A stretch of DNA of 64,000 bases from Alphaproteobacteria bacterium (lineage in GTDB: Bacteria > Pseudomonadota > Alphaproteobacteria > GM7ARS4 > G965262615), in contig OZ253545.1 of NCBI GenBank assembly GCA_965262615.1, positions 768,001-832,000 of the forward strand. The letters run 5' to 3'. Below the pieces are notes generated by a model that saw only the letters and a list, made by a program, of their open reading frames with translations, did no database searches and was not told where the DNA came from. Below, in pieces: positions 59,818 to 64,000 of this stretch. A program made the position numbers and the translations under genes. The first letter of the stretch is position 1; each line of letters begins with the position of its first letter.

Positions 59818-59831
59818 AGCAGCAGCTCCCT

Positions 59832-60138
59832 GATGCAGTATTGAACAAAACACCCACACTAAGTGTTGGGCGTGCCACACACTAGACATCCTAGATAGCC
59901 CGTCTATTCCCCACAGAACCCATCAGCAAAACTGATGATATGGGTGTTGTATTCAACAGGACACCCAACCAAAGGTTGGATGCCTATGTGTGTGGCAGCG
60001 TGATGGTAGGTTAAAAGGCGATAAAAATCAAGTTTTTTGATTGGGTGTTGTTCTTCACTAGGAGCACCCAGCCCTGTCTATTTCCCTTGCGGCACACGAA
60101 GCACCATTGGGTATTGTATTCAACAGGACACCCAACCC
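59832..60138. repeat. Cluster of palindromic TGGGTG...CACCCA repeats
   Basis: TGGGT(G/A)TTGTATTCAACAGGACACCCAACC at 59941 and 60108, with degenerate copies near 59832, 59866 and 60041. Confidence 0.7.
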
Positions 60139-60144
60139 AATTCA

Positions 60145-60576
60145 TCAAAAGACTGAATATGCGCGTTTTTGTTCAACGGCTTGGCGGTAATAGTTTATAA
60201 TTTCTTTGCTGGTGGAATCGCTTTTGAACAGTCCCTCGCATATCTTGATGAGAATGTCATTGCTCAAATAAGAGTCTTGTCCTTGACTTTGCATGGCAAG
60301 AGGCAGGTTTTGTAAGGCTTCGTGGCTTGTGGAAATGCACCTTGCCCACTTATAGATGATGTAACTGTCACGAATGATGCTGTAATGGTCACCTTTTTTG
60401 AGAAGACATGTTCTATCTATATGATGGCGTTTTCCGCCGTAGCTATTTTTGACACTGGATGCATTGGCGTAAATGATATAGTGACCTTCCTTTTTATTTT
60501 GGGGCGTAAAAGGGTCGGTGAGAGTAAAAGCAGGGTGGTCTTTTATGATGAAGTATCTGCCTCTGTCAAGGCTCAT
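60145..60576 (-). CDS. Putative PanT toxin, MazF/PemK-like (copy 1)
   Basis: ATGA-coupled downstream of a Panacea gene; LTDP, NASSV, D.TCLL..GDH and DS.I.Y. Confidence 0.6.
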   Translation of the reverse strand: MSLDRGRYFIIKDHPAFTLTDPFTPQNKKEGHYIIYANASSVKNSYGGKRHHIDRTCLLKKGDHYSIIRDSYIIYKWARCISTSHEALQNLPLAMQSQGQDSYLSNDILIKICEGLFKSDSTSKEIINYYRQAVEQKRAYSVF

Positions 60577-61166
60577 GCGACCTCACCGTGTTGGTGTATG
60601 TAATCGTCAAGAGCTTGAAAGGAGCGAATTTCGTCACTGCAATCTTTTGCCTCTTCGTCATCGTATCCGTAGGCTTTGAAGACATCTTCGTATGCAATAC
60701 GAATGGAGCTGCCGTGTGGGTCTTGCCACTCAGGGATTTTTTCAGAGTCGTGAGTGTAGTGGGAGAGTTGGTCGGCGGTCATAGAGCCAAACCGATTCCA
60801 TATGTCTTGCATGACACGGTGATTGAGTCTTGACAATCTCCCAACGGCATCTTCGTCTATGGGTTGGTTTTTTTTGAGTTTGATGTCGTATTGATTTGTG
60901 TGGTCAATCCACTCCAGCCAATCTTTTTGTGTTGCCTTTGTTTTGCCCGCCAGCAGATTATAGGTGTGTGACAAAACAGGACCCCGCGGCAAAGAATACA
61001 AATCATCATCACAGATGGTCACGCCATGACTGCCAATGCATTCTCGCTCGGACAAATACAACAGCTTGATGAGTTTCATGACGCTCATCTTGTCGCTCGT
61101 CTGGCGATTTTTATCAAGGAAGAACAAAATCATGTGGGTGGCGGTTCGTTCGCAATACATGTGCAT
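60573..61166 (-). CDS. Panacea (DUF4065/SocA-like) antitoxin (copy 1)
   Basis: KLIKLLYL, GPV, L...TH and PEW motifs. Confidence 0.82.
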   Translation of the reverse strand: MHMYCERTATHMILFFLDKNRQTSDKMSVMKLIKLLYLSERECIGSHGVTICDDDLYSLPRGPVLSHTYNLLAGKTKATQKDWLEWIDHTNQYDIKLKKNQPIDEDAVGRLSRLNHRVMQDIWNRFGSMTADQLSHYTHDSEKIPEWQDPHGSSIRIAYEDVFKAYGYDDEEAKDCSDEIRSFQALDDYIHQHGEVA

Positions 61167-61190
61167 TTTCTCCTGCTCGTGTTATCTACG

Positions 61191-61219
61191 AATATAATAT
61201 CAAAATTTGTCCTTTGCAA
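61191..61219 (-). promoter_or_regulatory. sigma70-like promoter of Panacea TA copy 1
   Basis: TTGCAA-N17-TATATT; the same hexamers occur at 62321..62349. Confidence 0.55.
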
Positions 61220-61267
61220 CAACGGTGGGCAAAGATGGTGCTGTGAAGCGATTTGAAAATCAAGGTT

Positions 61268-61711
61268 TTAAATTTTATATGCACAGCCCTGTTCAACAGC
61301 TTGGCGGTAGAAGTCTTTGACATCAGACCTTGCGAGAGTGCTTTGCATCAAGCCTTTGCATATTTTCATGAGGATGGCGGGAGTGAGGAAGGCATCTTGT
61401 CCTTGACTCTGCATGGCAAGGGGAAGGTTCTGTAAGGCTTCGTGGTTCGTGGAAATGCACTCTGCCCGTTTATAGGCGATGAAACTGTCATGGGTGATGC
61501 TGTAATGGTCACCTTTTTTGAGAAGACATGTTTTATCTACAATTCTCTTCTCGCCTCGCCAATCTCTCACACTAGAAGCATTGACACAAATGACCTTTTT
61601 TTGCGTTTGTCCCTTGGGTTTGCCCTTTGGTATGAATGGATCGGTGAGAATAAAAGCAGGGTGTTCCTTAAAAATAAAATATCTGCCCCTGCTGATGTCA
61701 TCAAGGCTCAT
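61268..61711 (-). CDS. Putative PanT toxin, MazF/PemK-like (copy 2)
   Basis: Paralogue of 60145..60576 sharing TCLLKKGDHYSI and HEALQNLPLAMQSQGQD. Confidence 0.6.
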   Translation of the reverse strand: MSLDDISRGRYFIFKEHPAFILTDPFIPKGKPKGQTQKKVICVNASSVRDWRGEKRIVDKTCLLKKGDHYSITHDSFIAYKRAECISTNHEALQNLPLAMQSQGQDAFLTPAILMKICKGLMQSTLARSDVKDFYRQAVEQGCAYKI

Positions 61712-62295
61712 GCGAGAGCCTCGCCTTGTCGCATTTTTTCTGTAAAAGATTGCTGAAAGCGAATTTCTTCACTGTACATTTTTGCCTCTTTTTCATTGCA
61801 TCCATAGGCTTTGAAAATATCTTCATACTCAATGGGGATAGAACTGCCGTGAGGGTCTTGCCATTCGGGAATTTTTTTGGAGTTGTGGGTGTAGTCAGAG
61901 AGTTGTTGGGCGGTCATAGAGCCAAACCGATTCCATACATCTTCCATAATGTCGTGATCAACTTGAGCCAATCTTCCCAAATTTTTTCTCATGACGGGTT
62001 TATTGTCTTTGATTTTGATATCAAATGTATTGGCAGCATCAATCCATTCCAGCCAATCTTTTTGTGTTGGGTTTGTTTTGCCCGCCAGCAAATCATAGGT
62101 GTGTGACAAAACAGGACCGAGCGGCAAAGAATACATCGTGTCATCACAGATGGTCTCTCCATGCTTGCCAATGCATTCTCGCTCGGACAAATACAACAGC
62201 TTGATGAGTTTCATGACGCTCATCTTGTCGCCCTTCGCACGATTTTGATCAAGGAAGAACAAAATCATGTGGGTGGCGGTTCGTTCGCAATACAT
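61708..62295 (-). CDS. Panacea (DUF4065/SocA-like) antitoxin (copy 2)
   Basis: Paralogue of 60573..61166; AGGAG RBS before the ATG at 62295. Confidence 0.82.
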   Translation of the reverse strand: MYCERTATHMILFFLDQNRAKGDKMSVMKLIKLLYLSERECIGKHGETICDDTMYSLPLGPVLSHTYDLLAGKTNPTQKDWLEWIDAANTFDIKIKDNKPVMRKNLGRLAQVDHDIMEDVWNRFGSMTAQQLSDYTHNSKKIPEWQDPHGSSIPIEYEDIFKAYGCNEKEAKMYSEEIRFQQSFTEKMRQGEALA

Positions 62296-62320
62296 TATTA
62301 TGTCTCCTGTGTTATCTACG

Positions 62321-62349
62321 AATATAATATCAGCGAGTGTGTTTTGCAA
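62321..62349 (-). promoter_or_regulatory. sigma70-like promoter of Panacea TA copy 2
   Basis: TTGCAA-N17-TATATT just past the tRNA 3' end. Confidence 0.55.
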
Positions 62350-62355
62350 CAACGG

Positions 62356-62427
62356 TGGGCGCGGCTGGGATTGAACCAGCGACCCCTACGATGTCAACGT
62401 AGTGCTCTCCCGCTGAGCTACGCGCCC
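62356..62427 (-). tRNA. tRNA-Val (GAC), followed by CCG rather than CCA
   Basis: GGGCGCGTAGCTCAGCGGGAGAGC...TTGACAT...GGTTCAATCCC...CGCGCCCA. Confidence 0.93.
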
Positions 62428-62509
62428 ATGCCTCATCCCTACACATTATCGGCATAAACGGCAAGAGCTGGCTCTTGAGAGACGGCGGCGCGCAAGATAC
62501 AGTAACGCC

Positions 62510-63217
62510 ATGATGCCTCTCACTTCTCACGCATCCACACAAAAGATTTTCACTCGCGTCGCGCCCTATTATGAGCGCATGAATGATGTCATGTCTGGCG
62601 GTTTGCATCGTGTGTGGCGGCGGGTGTTGGTGAATTATTTATTGCGGCATCAGCCGTCTGATTCCATATTGCTGGATGTGGCGGGCGGCGGTGGTGCGGT
62701 GAGTCAGTCTTTTTTAGAATCATTGCCTCAGGGGCATAAGGGCAAAGCGCGCGCCATTGTGTGTGACCACAGTTGGGGCATGATGAAGGAACTGTCACCG
62801 CATCATTCCATTGCCGCCATTGGCGGTGTGGCGGAGCGTTTGCCCATCAAGGATGCATCCATCACCCACTGCTCATGTGCCTACGGATTGCGTAATTTTG
62901 CCGACTATGAAAAATCTTTGCGAGAGATGCGGCGGGTGCTGATGACGGGAGGACGCGTTGCCATCATGGAATTGGGGCGGGTGGATGTGCCGTTGCTCGC
63001 GTCCCTTCACTGTGCCCATGTGAATTATGGCGTGCCGCTGCTGGGACGCGTGATTGCCCATGATGAAGCCAGCTATCGTTATTTGGCACAATCCATCGCG
63101 AATTTTGCCGCGCCGCACGAGGTGATGGCATCCATGGAGTCTGCGGGCTTTGCGGTGATTGGTCACAGGCAATTGCATGGCGGCGCGATCAATTTTTTCT
63201 TTGCCGAGGCGTGGTAG
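62510..63217 (+). CDS. ubiE: Ubiquinone/menaquinone C-methyltransferase
   Basis: MNDVMSGGLHR.W, LDVAGG, AYGLRN and Y.YL..SI..F. Confidence 0.88.
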   Translation: MMPLTSHASTQKIFTRVAPYYERMNDVMSGGLHRVWRRVLVNYLLRHQPSDSILLDVAGGGGAVSQSFLESLPQGHKGKARAIVCDHSWGMMKELSPHHSIAAIGGVAERLPIKDASITHCSCAYGLRNFADYEKSLREMRRVLMTGGRVAIMELGRVDVPLLASLHCAHVNYGVPLLGRVIAHDEASYRYLAQSIANFAAPHEVMASMESAGFAVIGHRQLHGGAINFFFAEAW

Positions 63218-63219
63218 GG

Positions 63220-64000
63220 ATGTCTAAAATGAATGTCCTGATGCGCCTGCGGATGGCGCGTGTGGTGTGGATTTTGGCATCATCGGGGGCGCATCGCGTG
63301 GCGCATCAGTTGGGCGCGCCTGCCAGTTTGGTGCGGGTGATGGCGATTCTTTCGTTCACCAAGGATGACCGCCATCAGGGCGAGGCTTTGGGGCGCGCTC
63401 TGGAGCGGATGGGCGCGGGATTCATCAAACTGGGACAGCTGCTTGCCACCCGCAGTGATATTGTGGGCGAGGCGGTGGCGCGCTCGCTTTCTTTTTTGCA
63501 CGATGACCTCAAGCCGCTCAGTCCTGCGCGCGCCAAAAAACAATTGGAAGAGGTTTTGGGCGGTGAGCTCACAGAGCATTTTCGGACCTGTGATGTGCAC
63601 GCGGTCAAGGCGGCATCCATTGCCCAAATTCACAAAGCCACCACCCATGATGGCAAGACGGTTGCCATCAAGCTGCTGCGTCCCAATGTGATGCGGCAGT
63701 TCATGAAGGATTTTAAGCTTTTGCGCGTTCTTGTGAGTTGGATCGAAAAACATCGCCCCGATTTGCGGCAGTTGCGATTGCATCAGGTGCTGGATCATTT
63801 GGAGGTGACCGTTCGCAATGAGCTGGATTTGCGTCTGGAGGCATCGGCGATGGCGATTATTGGGGAGCGGCTCAGGCAAAGCCGTCATCATCGCGTGCCG
63901 CGAGTGTATTGGCAGTGGAATCACGAGAAACTGCTGGTGATGGAATGGATTGATGCCACACGCATGGATGAGGTGACATTGAGCAAAAAGGAGCGCACCG
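63220..64000 (+). CDS. ubiB: Ubiquinone biosynthesis kinase-like protein, runs off the window end
   Basis: Read from the DNA (absent from the ORF track): FIKLGQLLATRSD, AASIAQ.H.A, VAIKLLRP, ELDLRLEA and LVMEWID. Confidence 0.9.
   Translation, partial: MSKMNVLMRLRMARVVWILASSGAHRVAHQLGAPASLVRVMAILSFTKDDRHQGEALGRALERMGAGFIKLGQLLATRSDIVGEAVARSLSFLHDDLKPLSPARAKKQLEEVLGGELTEHFRTCDVHAVKAASIAQIHKATTHDGKTVAIKLLRPNVMRQFMKDFKLLRVLVSWIEKHRPDLRQLRLHQVLDHLEVTVRNELDLRLEASAMAIIGERLRQSRHHRVPRVYWQWNHEKLLVMEWIDATRMDEVTLSKKERT

Noticed and set aside
59832-60138. Possible CRISPR array or integron attC sites
   Set aside because: Only two near-identical repeats 167 bp apart, irregular spacing and no cas or intI gene. 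The RYYYAAC/GTTRRRY-like pairs are too close together for attC.

Overview
Chromosomal segment of an Alphaproteobacterium, judged from the conserved syntenies argS-SPOR-nagZ, dgt/erpA-xth, pcm-tolC-popZ-valS, mdh-sucCD, lptE-holA, rplM-rpsI and ubiE-ubiB. A 14-repeat ankyrin protein and many nuclease and toxin-antitoxin (TA) insertions suggest a host-associated lineage such as a sponge symbiont (inference). The backbone is housekeeping plus a Mn/Zn/Fe ABC transporter, egtB-egtD, pstS with two OprO/P-type porins and three tRNAs (Asn, Cys, Val). Four things stand out. (1) Beside folD/folB lies an 8-gene block of archaeal-type tetrahydromethanopterin (H4MPT) and methanofuran/methylofuran cofactor-biosynthesis homologues, with no C1-transfer enzymes in the window. 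(2) Small, often AT-rich defence-like units are wedged into conserved gene runs: DUF262-HNH, MTase-HNH fusion, DGQHR + GIY-YIG, ImmA/IrrE + DUF4411, mini GIY-YIGs and Panacea TA pairs. (3) Three of these units are tandemly duplicated together with their sigma70-like promoters, including two dCTP-deaminase-fold proteins that lack the catalytic Glu and end in a coiled coil plus membrane helix. (4) The palindromes TCGA and ACGT appear almost absent. All family calls come from motif recognition by eye; no database searches were run.
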